DNA from: a virus
Lineage: Duplodnaviria; Caudoviricetes
Reading direction: 5' to 3' (one strand)
IMG/VR virus record: IMGVR_UViG_3300042861_000881
Span: 1 to 59,744 of that record
DNA: 59,744 nt
The notes below the pieces were generated by a model that did not search any database, was not told the DNA's origin, and saw only the letters and a list, made by a program, of their open reading frames with translations. The translations under genes and the position numbers were made by a program. Of this stretch, positions 1 to 9,831 are shown one piece after another. Each line of letters starts with the position of its first letter. Positions within the stretch are counted from its first letter, which is position 1.

Positions 1-221
1 GCCGCCTTCATTGTTATGTAACTTTTACCAACACCCGCTGGTCCGGAACAAACTGTGATTTCACTTTCAATCAAAGTATCGTAATACTTCTTTTGATTTA
101 TTGTTAGAAATTTTTCTTTTGTTTTCCTTTTAATAACCTGAGTAATAAACTCTTTTTTGTTAATTGGTTTTAATACAACTTCAGGAGTTGGTTTAGGTTT
201 GTTTTTGTTGTTTACGGCCAT
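1..221 (-). CDS. phoH: PhoH-family ATPase (5' part; runs off window)
   Basis: Manual translation from ATG at 221: MAVNNKNKPKPTPE...TINQKKYYDTLIESEITVCSGPAGVGKSYITMKAA. This is the PhoH-type NQ...GPAGxGKS Walker A context. Confidence 0.85.
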   Translation of the reverse strand, partial: MAVNNKNKPKPTPEVVLKPINKKEFITQVIKRKTKEKFLTINQKKYYDTLIESEITVCSGPAGVGKSYITMKA

Positions 222-228
222 TTTATAA

Positions 229-1218
229 TTATTTTTGTTTATAGTAGTTTAACCAATGTTCAATCATTTCGTCTAACATACTCTCAAAGGTGTAGTCGTG
301 AGACCAACCTGTGGCTTTTACTAATTTTGAGGAATCACCTTTTAAATTATGTAGTTCTTCCGGTCTTAAAAATTTATCGTCTTGTTTAACATATTTTGAC
401 CAATCTAATTCTAATTTACCAAACACATACTCACATAAGTCTTGAACTGAATGTGATATACCTGTCGAACAAACAAAATCATCCGGAGTGTCTAATTGTA
501 ATATCTCCCACATAGCTCTCACATAATCTTTTGCGTGACCCCAATCTCGAGTGGCATCTAAATTACCTAGTTTAAGTTCATTGGATAATCCAAGTTTTAT
601 TTTAACGGCCTCTTTACAAACTTTATTAGTTACAAAGTTAGTTCCTCTTCTTGGTGATTCGTGATTGAATAATATCCCGTTTGAAATAAACATCCCATAT
701 GAATTTCTATAATTACGGCAAATGTTATAACTAAACACTTTAGCACATCCGTAAGGTGACACAGGATTCATTGGTGTAGTTTCTCTTTGGAATCCATCAT
801 CATCAATAGAGTTTCCAAACATTTCTGAAGATGACGCTTGATAAATTTTGATAGATGGGTCTAATAATTTTACCGCCTCTAAAACATTTAAAGTTCCTAT
901 CCCCGTAACATTTGCGGTGTATAATGGTTGGTCAAATGATATTCTTACATGTGACTGAGCCGCTAAATTATATATCTCAATTGGTTTAACCTCACTAATC
1001 ACTCGCACTAATGATGATAAGTCAGTTAAATCAGCGTAATGTAATTTAACTTTATCATATACTTTATCTAATCTTGATGTTTGATTTTCTGATACTGAAT
1101 TTCGTTTTAAAGTTCCGTGAACTTCATAACCTTTTTCTAATAAAAATTCTGTAAGATAAGAACCATCTTGACCATTAATCCCTGTGATTAAAGCTATTTT
1201 ATTTTCTTGTTTTGTCAT
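229..1218 (-). CDS. gmd: GDP-mannose 4,6-dehydratase
   Basis: ALITGINGQDGSYL, YNLAAQSHV, YQASSSEMFG, SPYGCAK, GILFNHESPRRG, RDWGHAKDYV motifs. Confidence 0.95.
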   Translation of the reverse strand: MTKQENKIALITGINGQDGSYLTEFLLEKGYEVHGTLKRNSVSENQTSRLDKVYDKVKLHYADLTDLSSLVRVISEVKPIEIYNLAAQSHVRISFDQPLYTANVTGIGTLNVLEAVKLLDPSIKIYQASSSEMFGNSIDDDGFQRETTPMNPVSPYGCAKVFSYNICRNYRNSYGMFISNGILFNHESPRRGTNFVTNKVCKEAVKIKLGLSNELKLGNLDATRDWGHAKDYVRAMWEILQLDTPDDFVCSTGISHSVQDLCEYVFGKLELDWSKYVKQDDKFLRPEELHNLKGDSSKLVKATGWSHDYTFESMLDEMIEHWLNYYKQK

Positions 1219-2101
1219 AATTTTCTATAAACCAATTTATTGTTTCTTTTAATCCCTTTTCAATTGGGGTAAATTCAAAATTAGGTAAATATGACTTTAA
1301 TTTTGAATTATCGGACGGTTTTCTAAATTGACCATCCGGTTTTGAGTTGTCAAATATTACCTTCCCTTTAAAGTTAAATTCTTTTACTAATAAGTCAACT
1401 AAGTCCGTAATACTAATTTCGATAGAATTACTGAATATTATTGGTTCGGATTCGTTATAATTATCTAAAGCCCATTCAGATAATTTAGCAATATCTTTAG
1501 AATAAATAAATTCTCTTAATGGTGTTCCGCTACCCCATACAACAAAGTCCGTATTATCTCTTTGAGCGTTATACATTTTATGTAGCAACATTGGTATTAC
1601 GTGACCTGAATTAAGTGAGAAATTATCATTTGGTCCATATATGTTTGTTGGGATTACTGAGACATATTCTAACCCATATTGTTCTCTATAAGCTCTAATT
1701 TGAATATCGGCCATTCTTTTTGCGTAAGCGTAAGGATAATTTGAATTATGTGGTTCCCCAAAATGAATTTTTTTTTCGGTTAATGGATACTCAACATTGT
1801 CCGGAAATATACAAGTCGATAAAAATGAAACTAATTTTTTAACATTATGTTTTCTTGCGGATTCAATAACGTTAGTATTAATCATTATGTTGTCGTAAAA
1901 AAACTCACCCTTATAATTCATATTGGCACTGAGTCCACCAACTCTACCGGCACAATGAATAACGTGTGTTGGATTATACTTCTCAAACATTTCATCGGTT
2001 TCTTTAATATTTCTTAAATCGTATTGTTTACCTATTTTTACATCGGAAGTGATAGATGAACCAACTAAACCATTACCACCTGTTACTAAAATTTTTTTCA
2101 T
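1199..2101 (-). CDS. fcl: GDP-L-fucose synthase (epimerase/reductase)
   Basis: GGNGLVG, AGRVGG, LSTCIFP, YAYAKR, PTNIYGPNDNF, WGSGTPLREF; adjacent to gmd. Confidence 0.93.
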   Translation of the reverse strand: MKKILVTGGNGLVGSSITSDVKIGKQYDLRNIKETDEMFEKYNPTHVIHCAGRVGGLSANMNYKGEFFYDNIMINTNVIESARKHNVKKLVSFLSTCIFPDNVEYPLTEKKIHFGEPHNSNYPYAYAKRMADIQIRAYREQYGLEYVSVIPTNIYGPNDNFSLNSGHVIPMLLHKMYNAQRDNTDFVVWGSGTPLREFIYSKDIAKLSEWALDNYNESEPIIFSNSIEISITDLVDLLVKEFNFKGKVIFDNSKPDGQFRKPSDNSKLKSYLPNFEFTPIEKGLKETINWFIENYDKTRK

Positions 2102-2775
2102 TTAAAATTGTAATTATCAATCATTATTTTATATTTTGAATTTTTACCACCAAAATTGTGAAAACAAAATGGTTGAATATGTTCAAATTCCGGAAAAACT
2201 TCTTCTTGTGAAAAGTGCTTTGCAACATCTACATCAGCAAATTTAATACCATTATCTAAAAAAAGGTCCCTATTCCAAACACAAATTTGAGTGTCTTCAT
2301 TATAATTTCCTTGATGGGGTAACCAAGGCATATTAAACTTTTTAGGTATTTCTAATAATTTTTTACTCCGTAATGACACACTATTACCAACTTTAATCTG
2401 TTTACCGTATCTATCTATAAAAGACGTATTATTCCAAATACCCCCTATATAATCATAATTTAAAAAGTCATCATCCCAAGAATCAGGATTTACAACAAAA
2501 CCATCATCGTGAATTAACAAAACGTAATCAGTATCAACATAATCAACTAAATTGTATACCATATGATAGTTCCAAGATTCAATACTGTCAATCTTATCAA
2601 TATATTCGTATTCTATAATCTCGGGTAAATTTTCAGGTTTTTGATGTGATACTAATTTAACTGATTTAAAATTTACATCCTTACAACTATACATTAGTGC
2701 TTTAATTGTCTCGTCAATTAATATAGATGTTACGGCTATTAATGTAACATTTGGTAAATTTATTTTTTTCATCAT
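2098..2775 (-). CDS. DUF5672-family putative glycosyltransferase
   Basis: LLIHDDGFVVNPDSWDDDFLNYDYIG, VGNSVSLRSKKLL, NED, FCFH; paralog of 7817..8476. Confidence 0.75.
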   Translation of the reverse strand: MMKKINLPNVTLIAVTSILIDETIKALMYSCKDVNFKSVKLVSHQKPENLPEIIEYEYIDKIDSIESWNYHMVYNLVDYVDTDYVLLIHDDGFVVNPDSWDDDFLNYDYIGGIWNNTSFIDRYGKQIKVGNSVSLRSKKLLEIPKKFNMPWLPHQGNYNEDTQICVWNRDLFLDNGIKFADVDVAKHFSQEEVFPEFEHIQPFCFHNFGGKNSKYKIMIDNYNFK

Positions 2776-3539
2776 AGATATATAAATTCTTTAGTTTTGA
2801 TATCCTTAGGATAAAACCCTAATTCAGGTTTATTATGATTTAACCAATAATTTGGTGCAATAATAACTTTTTTATCTGTTAACCAAGCTGCCCACCAAGC
2901 GAATGTTGAGTTAGATATAATTAACAATTTAGAATTTAATAAAACTTTAAAATCAGTCATCATATCATTTGATATACAATCAAATTCCGGGAATATTTTT
3001 TTAGATTCTTCAATATCATCTGTAATAATTAGAAATAACATTTCAGGATTTTGTTGTTTAATATATTGAATTGAATTGTGATAATAACTTGAATCAACAT
3101 ACCAATGTGTGTGATGTTTATAGTCAGTGGCTCTTAAATGGATGTAACAATATTTATCCACAGGATACTTTTCAAGTATCTCATTGGTTAATTTATCGTT
3201 TTCTACTTTAAACCATTCTCTGACAATATCTTTATATTCTTCGAAATAATAAGGGGTTTGATAAAACCCCCAAATTTTTGTATTATCATTTAAGTTTAAC
3301 ACTGTTGGATTAAACGATTGGATAGTATGGTCTTCTCTAAAAAAATGTTGTATTCCGTATTCAGTTTCTTCACCCAAATCTATTGTTGGGAAATAGTCAA
3401 TTAACTTAATCCCTTCTGTTGACGGTTCACCCACTCTAGGTATATGAAATTTGTAATTATTAATATGTGCGATAATTCTACAAATAGCATATTGAAACAT
3501 TTGGTTTCCTAATCTACCATTTAAAAAGACTGATATCAT
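2772..3539 (-). CDS. alpha-1,2-fucosyltransferase (GT11)
   Basis: GRLGNQMFQYA, GFYQ, IHLRATDY, ISNSTFAWWAAWL. Confidence 0.88.
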   Translation of the reverse strand: MISVFLNGRLGNQMFQYAICRIIAHINNYKFHIPRVGEPSTEGIKLIDYFPTIDLGEETEYGIQHFFREDHTIQSFNPTVLNLNDNTKIWGFYQTPYYFEEYKDIVREWFKVENDKLTNEILEKYPVDKYCYIHLRATDYKHHTHWYVDSSYYHNSIQYIKQQNPEMLFLIITDDIEESKKIFPEFDCISNDMMTDFKVLLNSKLLIISNSTFAWWAAWLTDKKVIIAPNYWLNHNKPELGFYPKDIKTKEFIYL

Positions 3540-4507
3540 ATGTTATGGTTTTTTAAAATTTGTTTATAGTATTGCTCAACATCAAGTTGATTAAAATCAA
3601 AATTTTGTATTTCATTAAAAAGTGATTCATTTTCTATGAGTAACTCTTCAGTTATATCTGTAAAATTTTTAACAAATAAAACCGGTATGCCTTTAAATAT
3701 AGTTCTTAGATAATCAGAATCAATAACAATTGGTACACGTCTCATATAAATTACTTCCCAATCTCTATGACAATCACAACCAATCGCATTACCTTCGGGA
3801 CATATCATAAATTTATGATTTTTAATTTTTGATAAATAATTAGTATAGTCAGGTCTACCAATTGATGTTGGAGTATCTACCGTAACCCAACTTTTATTTT
3901 TAAAATATTCGTTAATTTCAATACGTTTAATATTAGTTGAGACATTATGGTTTATATAAAGTAAATTAGTAGGTAAAATTTCTTTATTTAAAAATTCAAG
4001 TATTATATCTTGTCGTTCGTCAAAATCTGATAGTTTTCTTTGTAGTCCATATGGCATCGGATGAACCTTATCTCCAAAAACTGTTGAGTTTGAGGAATAA
4101 ATACCAATAACATTTTCAGGTATTTTTTCAAAAATTTCCTCGTCTATCGGAGTGTCTTCAAAACTAGTAAAAATTAAAAATTTAATATCTGTTAATTTAC
4201 TACATAAGTCTAATAAATCATTATTTAAATTAAGTTCATTAACTCTAACATCTTTAAAGTGTTTAGAATAATCATCTGTCAACTCTCTTGAGGTATATTT
4301 AATACCGGGTCTTTTATATAATCTGATGTTATCAATAAACAAAGTCATAATTGGTTTACTCTGTTTAATTTCATTATATTTTAACATAAATTCTAAATTA
4401 TTTATATTGGCATTTTTCATATATCCATCCGGTAATGATTCTCCGGATTGGTCACCAAACGAATAATCGACATTATTTCTAATATATGTTGGGTCAAATA
4501 ATTTCAT
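3536..4507 (-). CDS. Exostosin/GT47-like glycosyltransferase
   Basis: C-terminal HKFMICPEGNAIGCDCHRDWEVIYMRRVPIV motif. Confidence 0.65.
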   Translation of the reverse strand: MKLFDPTYIRNNVDYSFGDQSGESLPDGYMKNANINNLEFMLKYNEIKQSKPIMTLFIDNIRLYKRPGIKYTSRELTDDYSKHFKDVRVNELNLNNDLLDLCSKLTDIKFLIFTSFEDTPIDEEIFEKIPENVIGIYSSNSTVFGDKVHPMPYGLQRKLSDFDERQDIILEFLNKEILPTNLLYINHNVSTNIKRIEINEYFKNKSWVTVDTPTSIGRPDYTNYLSKIKNHKFMICPEGNAIGCDCHRDWEVIYMRRVPIVIDSDYLRTIFKGIPVLFVKNFTDITEELLIENESLFNEIQNFDFNQLDVEQYYKQILKNHNI

Positions 4508-5415
4508 TAATTTTTAATTAAGTAGTTAAACTTTGTTTTTACTAAATTTGTCAATTCTAATGGATAGTATGTGTCAACATCAACAGTTTTCAAACCGTTA
4601 AAATAATATGTTTCAACACTGTTTTTACTATAGTTAGGTCTATTAAAAAGGTCCGTGTTACTATTTATTTTTTCAGTAATTTTTGACTTAATAAAATCGT
4701 TATTAAATTCTTGATGACCATAACTTTCAAGTTTATATTTGATTCGTTCAGGACCACCCATAAAACTTAAATGCCATCCACCATTTAATATTTTATTATA
4801 TGTACCTCTATCACGTCTATTAATACATAATGACTTAGTTTTTAAATCCCCATATTTTAAAATTATGGAACCCATCCAGTTAGTACTAGAGATATTATTA
4901 ATATAATATTGATGAGCATCCATATATACGCAATATTTTTCCCCATCACTTAGTGGTGTTTTTAAATTTTTAATTATTTCAGGATTGGGCATTTCGTCTA
5001 AATCACTAAATATAATAATATCTTCGTCTTCACACTCAGATAATCCTAATCCTACATATTCTCTGTGTAAGTAGTCTCTACACCAATGTGGTTGACCACC
5101 GTCAGTTTCCGAAGAGTTTTTGATTAAATTATAATTTTGTATGATATTATTATATACTACTTTTTTATTATCCAAATATGGATTATTTAAAATATTAATT
5201 TCGTCTGAATTATAATTTTTAATATATATGATTTTATCGATAAACTTAGAAAATTTATCAATATTTTGTTCAAAATTAAAATCTTTTTTAATACCGGAAA
5301 ATGTATGGTCACACTCACTAATAACAAAATAATCGACATATGGGTCAAGTAATGTTAGTCTAATTTCTAATAAATCAATTTCATTAAAAAATAAAAAAGA
5401 GTCGTATATTTTCAT
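4507..5415 (-). CDS. GT17 (MGAT3-like beta-1,4-GlcNAc transferase family)
   Basis: IYDSFLFFNEIDLLEIRL...VDYFVISE..TFSG, SDLDEMP, GGWHLSF, KLESYGHQEFN. Confidence 0.85.
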   Translation of the reverse strand: MKIYDSFLFFNEIDLLEIRLTLLDPYVDYFVISECDHTFSGIKKDFNFEQNIDKFSKFIDKIIYIKNYNSDEINILNNPYLDNKKVVYNNIIQNYNLIKNSSETDGGQPHWCRDYLHREYVGLGLSECEDEDIIIFSDLDEMPNPEIIKNLKTPLSDGEKYCVYMDAHQYYINNISSTNWMGSIILKYGDLKTKSLCINRRDRGTYNKILNGGWHLSFMGGPERIKYKLESYGHQEFNNDFIKSKITEKINSNTDLFNRPNYSKNSVETYYFNGLKTVDVDTYYPLELTNLVKTKFNYLIKN

Positions 5416-5419
5416 AATG

Positions 5420-6349
5420 TTAGTTTGTTTTTTTATAGTTAATTAATTCAGACATACACTCATCTGAAGTTGAAATTTTATTATGTCTATCTAAGTATAA
5501 CCAATCTTCCACAATTGAATCTCCACAAGACCAGTAACCATCACTTTGTTTATATGCCGCCCAATATTTTGGAGCAATTACATTTTTAATTTTTTTGTTA
5601 GTCCATATTGCCCACCAAGCAAAACTTGATGACGAAATTATTGCATTTTTACAATTATTTAATATGGTGTAATCCATCCATATTGGACCTCCTAAATGAT
5701 GATTTGCTTTATAATAATCGTTAATACCACTATTTGAAGAACCAATAATTATTACATTTGGTAATATACGTCTACTAGTATTAATATCGTCAGTTACTAC
5801 AAAAAATTTAATATTAGGATTAATTTTTTTTAAGTGTTCCATCGCATTATTATAATACTCACTATTAAGCATTGCTAAACTACCATTAAAATCACCTCCA
5901 CGAATATGTATGATACAAATATCGTCATCAATATAATCAGTTATGTTTTTATCATTAAAAATATTAATTTCTGAAATAATTTCATTTCTAAAATTTTTTA
6001 TATAATCATAACATTGCATAATCCCATCGATTTTGGTATTATCCTTAATAGTTAATAAATCATTATCTTTCTCCGTAATATCTAATCTTGATATTGGGTG
6101 AAAATTCATTTTTTCTCGATAATAATTAGGAATACCATTTGGTAGTAAATTTGGTGGACCACCTTCAGGTCCGGAACCTCCAAATACTTCATTACCAAAA
6201 TCTAAACTCATAAATTCCTTACCTTTAAATTTTTCGGATGACATTATTCCAAATTCAAAGTTATTTATTTTGGCAATAGTTTTAGTTACGAAGTAACACC
6301 ATAATTGATTTCCAAGACCTTGACCATTATATAATTCAGTGACTATCAT
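5420..6349 (-). CDS. alpha-1,2-fucosyltransferase (GT11)
   Basis: GQGLGNQLW, IHIRGGDF, FFVVTDD, SSSFAWWA, IAPKYW. Confidence 0.85.
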   Translation of the reverse strand: MIVTELYNGQGLGNQLWCYFVTKTIAKINNFEFGIMSSEKFKGKEFMSLDFGNEVFGGSGPEGGPPNLLPNGIPNYYREKMNFHPISRLDITEKDNDLLTIKDNTKIDGIMQCYDYIKNFRNEIISEINIFNDKNITDYIDDDICIIHIRGGDFNGSLAMLNSEYYNNAMEHLKKINPNIKFFVVTDDINTSRRILPNVIIIGSSNSGINDYYKANHHLGGPIWMDYTILNNCKNAIISSSSFAWWAIWTNKKIKNVIAPKYWAAYKQSDGYWSCGDSIVEDWLYLDRHNKISTSDECMSELINYKKTN

Positions 6350-7053
6350 ATATTTAACATATAACTTTCGGCGGTGTTATTATACTCTGAACTATTTTTA
6401 AATTTTTCAATATCATCAGAAGAAAAGAATGTGGAATCAACATACCAATCTTCAAAAGGGTCGTTTGTTGATACATTACATATATTACCAACAATTAATT
6501 CATAACCGTAAGATTTTAAAATTTGTCTGGACTCTTCTCTGTTTTTTAAAGACTCTTCCTTATCTACACTAGGGTCATATAAATCAGTTTCAAACGTTAT
6601 TACTGAAAATCTAAACTTATCTAACGGTATTAGTTTTAAACATTCCAAAGTTTGGTTTTGAGGTTCTATATCAATTTGTAGATAATCTATTCTATTCGGT
6701 AAATTGTTGTCTGTTATTAAATCTTGATAATTGATATTTAACGCATTATCAACAATTAATTTTGTGTTTTTTCTGTTTAAAAATCCGTCATAATTTACCG
6801 GGTTAATATCAATTGATACACCCTTCCAATTATAATTTTTTTCTAATAAATAAGTGTTACTTAAATTATGTGGGTCATAAGCCCCAATCTCTAAAAAAGT
6901 TCCTTCTTTTTTACCATTTAAAACGGATAAAACAAACATATCTTGATATGCTTGTGAATAATTATTTTCTATTAATTCTGAGTCAATAAACTTGAATTTA
7001 AGACTGTCGTGTTGGGATTTGTTATAAATTTTCATAATGAGGTTGTTATACAA
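6346..7053 (-). CDS. FkbM-family SAM methyltransferase
   Basis: YSQAYQDMFV, GTFLEIGA, SNTYLLEK..NWKG, IDYLQIDIE, EDWYV. True start may be the later Met (MKIYNK). Confidence 0.75.
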   Translation of the reverse strand: MYNNLIMKIYNKSQHDSLKFKFIDSELIENNYSQAYQDMFVLSVLNGKKEGTFLEIGAYDPHNLSNTYLLEKNYNWKGVSIDINPVNYDGFLNRKNTKLIVDNALNINYQDLITDNNLPNRIDYLQIDIEPQNQTLECLKLIPLDKFRFSVITFETDLYDPSVDKEESLKNREESRQILKSYGYELIVGNICNVSTNDPFEDWYVDSTFFSSDDIEKFKNSSEYNNTAESYMLNI

Positions 7054-7808
7054 GTTTTATCGTCAAATCTATATTGATTAACATTTTTATGTGATAATTT
7101 TGTCATAAAGTTTTCTACTTCACCATTAAATGTTTCAAAATGTGAGGTATTAAATGTTGTATAACTAAATTTAGAATTTTTAATAAAATTTTCCAAACAT
7201 TTATCTTGGTATTCACGATTACATTCGGCTAAAGCGGAATCACTAATAAATAAGTCATATTCTTTTGGAATAAATTCATCAGTTGATTTGATAAATTTTA
7301 CTTTATTTTTTAAGTCATCAAATTTAGATATGTAAATTTTACAAAGTTCAATAACATTTGGTAAATCCACTAAAGTATATTCGTCAAATTCATATACAGA
7401 ACTAAATACTTTACATAATCCACCGTAACCACCACCAACTTCAATAATTGTCTTTGGTTTAAAATCACCAACTAATTTCTGTATATCATACACAGTATTT
7501 ATGTAACGTAACGTTGACGGAGATATCTCACCTATTCCATTATAATTATGAGTAATAGGATTACCATATAAATCATTTTCTTTGAACTTATCTAAATATA
7601 GTAATAAATTCTCAAATTTAGATTTAGTATTAATATTGTCAATCGCCATCTGACCAACAATATGTTCACCACCTTCAAGTATCGTTTGATATTTTGGATG
7701 ACGTTTAAAGTTTTCAAATTCAGATGGGTTTTTTGAAAAAACCTCACACATTTGAACATAGTTTTCAAAAATATTATCAGGACATTTGTCCCACTCTAAT
7801 TTATTCAT
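7032..7808 (-). CDS. Putative sugar O-methyltransferase
   Basis: SPSTLRY, IIEVGGGYGGLC, YTLVDLP, DLFISDSALAEC. Confidence 0.75.
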   Translation of the reverse strand: MNKLEWDKCPDNIFENYVQMCEVFSKNPSEFENFKRHPKYQTILEGGEHIVGQMAIDNINTKSKFENLLLYLDKFKENDLYGNPITHNYNGIGEISPSTLRYINTVYDIQKLVGDFKPKTIIEVGGGYGGLCKVFSSVYEFDEYTLVDLPNVIELCKIYISKFDDLKNKVKFIKSTDEFIPKEYDLFISDSALAECNREYQDKCLENFIKNSKFSYTTFNTSHFETFNGEVENFMTKLSHKNVNQYRFDDKTCITTSL

Positions 7809-7816
7809 ATTTTTTT

Positions 7817-8476
7817 TTAAAATTTAGGGTATATTGAATTTGTTCCGTTATAATTATGAAAAACAAAAGGTGTGATACCTTCTAATTCCGGTAACATAGT
7901 TTCGTGTGAGAAATATTTGGCTACATCAATATCGGCGAATTTACAACCTTCATCTATATACTTGTGTCGATAGTTAACACATATAAAACCATCCTCGTTG
8001 GTAAAACCGTGAAAAGGTTTCCATTCTAAGTTTAATTTAACTGGAACATCTAATAATTTTTTACTTCTCAATGAAACACTGTTACCGACTCTAATAACAT
8101 TATTGGAATTATCTCTATATGAAAAATTATCACTAGGTAAAGGCCAAGGTGCTCCAATATAATCATATTCTAAAAATTCGTCTCTCCAAGATTCAGGATT
8201 AACAACAAACCCATTATCGTGAATTAATAGTGCAAATTCTGTATCAATATGTTTGGGTAAATTATAAATTATATTATAATTCCATTCATCAATATTAGGA
8301 CTTTTTTCAGTATATTCGTGAGTTATAAAATCAGGAAGATTATCAGGTTTAATGTCTGATGCTAATTTTACCTTACCAAATTTAACACCACGACAACTAA
8401 ATTCTAATGCTTTTATTGTTTCGGGTATTCTGACACTTGTTAAAGCAATTAATGTAACGTTAGGTAGTTGTATCAT
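7817..8476 (-). CDS. DUF5672-family putative glycosyltransferase
   Basis: LLIHDNGFVVNPESWRDEFLEYDYIGAPW, VGNSVSLRSKKLL, NEDGFIC. Confidence 0.75.
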   Translation of the reverse strand: MIQLPNVTLIALTSVRIPETIKALEFSCRGVKFGKVKLASDIKPDNLPDFITHEYTEKSPNIDEWNYNIIYNLPKHIDTEFALLIHDNGFVVNPESWRDEFLEYDYIGAPWPLPSDNFSYRDNSNNVIRVGNSVSLRSKKLLDVPVKLNLEWKPFHGFTNEDGFICVNYRHKYIDEGCKFADIDVAKYFSHETMLPELEGITPFVFHNYNGTNSIYPKF

Positions 8477-9830
8477 ATCTTTCTTTTAACATATTAAATT
8501 CATTATCTTTTAAACTTTGAGGGATTGTATCAGTTAATCTAGACCCCCAAGTCCTATTTACAACTGTAATTTTATCTAAAATATATGGTTCACCGTATTT
8601 TAAAAACATTTTTTGATAGTAGTCACAGTCCATTAACCAATTTAAACCATTATCAAAATAAATCAAGTCGTTATTTTTAATTGTCATCCCACTTGGGCAA
8701 CCCATAGTATTTAACCCTGTCCATATCCTATCATTCCAAACCGGATGATATAATCTGTAAAAATTAATACCATCATCACTATGGTAAAATTTGGTCATAA
8801 ACCACTTAATGTTAGTATCGGAATATTTTATAAAATTAAATTGATTTTCCAAAGAGTTTTCATTATATAAAAAATCGTCTTGGAATAATACTTTAATCCA
8901 TTTACCTTTACACATAGTTAAAGCGTTATTGATGTTTGGTGAAATTACTCCTCTACCAACCTCATTTTTAACATATGTTATTGACATTTTATTCTCCCAT
9001 CTCTTTATAACATCATAAATTGTGTCATCAGTACTATGGTCAGATATTACCACCTCAAAATCGGTGAATGTTTGTTTTGATATAATATCTAAACTAAAAT
9101 CTAAAAATTCAGAACCTCTACCATTATATCCATATGTTGGTATGGCGATTGAGAAAAATGGTTTTTTATTTAATTTATCTACATTCATTGTGGTATTTTT
9201 TGGTATATGTGACGGTGAATTTACCGGAGTTACGGATTTAGTTTGACTGGCCAACTCATACATAGATTTAGATTCAGTACCTACATTATAAACACCATTT
9301 TCATTATCATTGATTAACTTAATAATTAATTCGCTAATTTTATCAACATAATCAAAATTACCAATTTGGTCTACCCAAGCATTCTCATATGGAAAAGGTT
9401 TGGGTTTATGTGTACATCGACATATTAAATAATCATTAGATAATAATTGAACTAATCCATCACCTAATAATTTAGTATAACCATACCAATTATTACAATG
9501 TACCGGTACATCATTTTCTGAAGAGTTTCTATTTGAACCTGTATAAATGTAATCCGTTGAAATGTGGATTAATTTAATATTATTTGCGTTACAATAATTT
9601 ATTAAGTTTTTAATAAATTCGTAATTAAGTTTCCAATGACTTTCTCTATCGTTGGAATATGTATTAGTTTCGGCAATACAATTTAATATTGTATCAAAAC
9701 CCGTAGGGATTGATGTTTCTAAGTCATCAACATTAAAGTTGGTTTTCTTTCTTGAAACATAATCCCATCCAGTTTGTTTTACAATTTCTCCTCCTAATAA
9801 TCCATCTCCTAAAACAAGAACTTTACCCAT
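8460..9830 (-). CDS. Fusion: RmlD-like NDP-sugar reductase + GT2 glycosyltransferase
   Basis: Likely start MGKVLVLGDGLLG at 9830. HISTDYIY and YGYTK (SDR), then FSIAIPTY, SDHSTDD, LFQDDFL (GT2). Confidence 0.8.
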   Translation of the reverse strand: MGKVLVLGDGLLGGEIVKQTGWDYVSRKKTNFNVDDLETSIPTGFDTILNCIAETNTYSNDRESHWKLNYEFIKNLINYCNANNIKLIHISTDYIYTGSNRNSSENDVPVHCNNWYGYTKLLGDGLVQLLSNDYLICRCTHKPKPFPYENAWVDQIGNFDYVDKISELIIKLINDNENGVYNVGTESKSMYELASQTKSVTPVNSPSHIPKNTTMNVDKLNKKPFFSIAIPTYGYNGRGSEFLDFSLDIISKQTFTDFEVVISDHSTDDTIYDVIKRWENKMSITYVKNEVGRGVISPNINNALTMCKGKWIKVLFQDDFLYNENSLENQFNFIKYSDTNIKWFMTKFYHSDDGINFYRLYHPVWNDRIWTGLNTMGCPSGMTIKNNDLIYFDNGLNWLMDCDYYQKMFLKYGEPYILDKITVVNRTWGSRLTDTIPQSLKDNEFNMLKERYDTTT

Positions 9831-9831
9831 A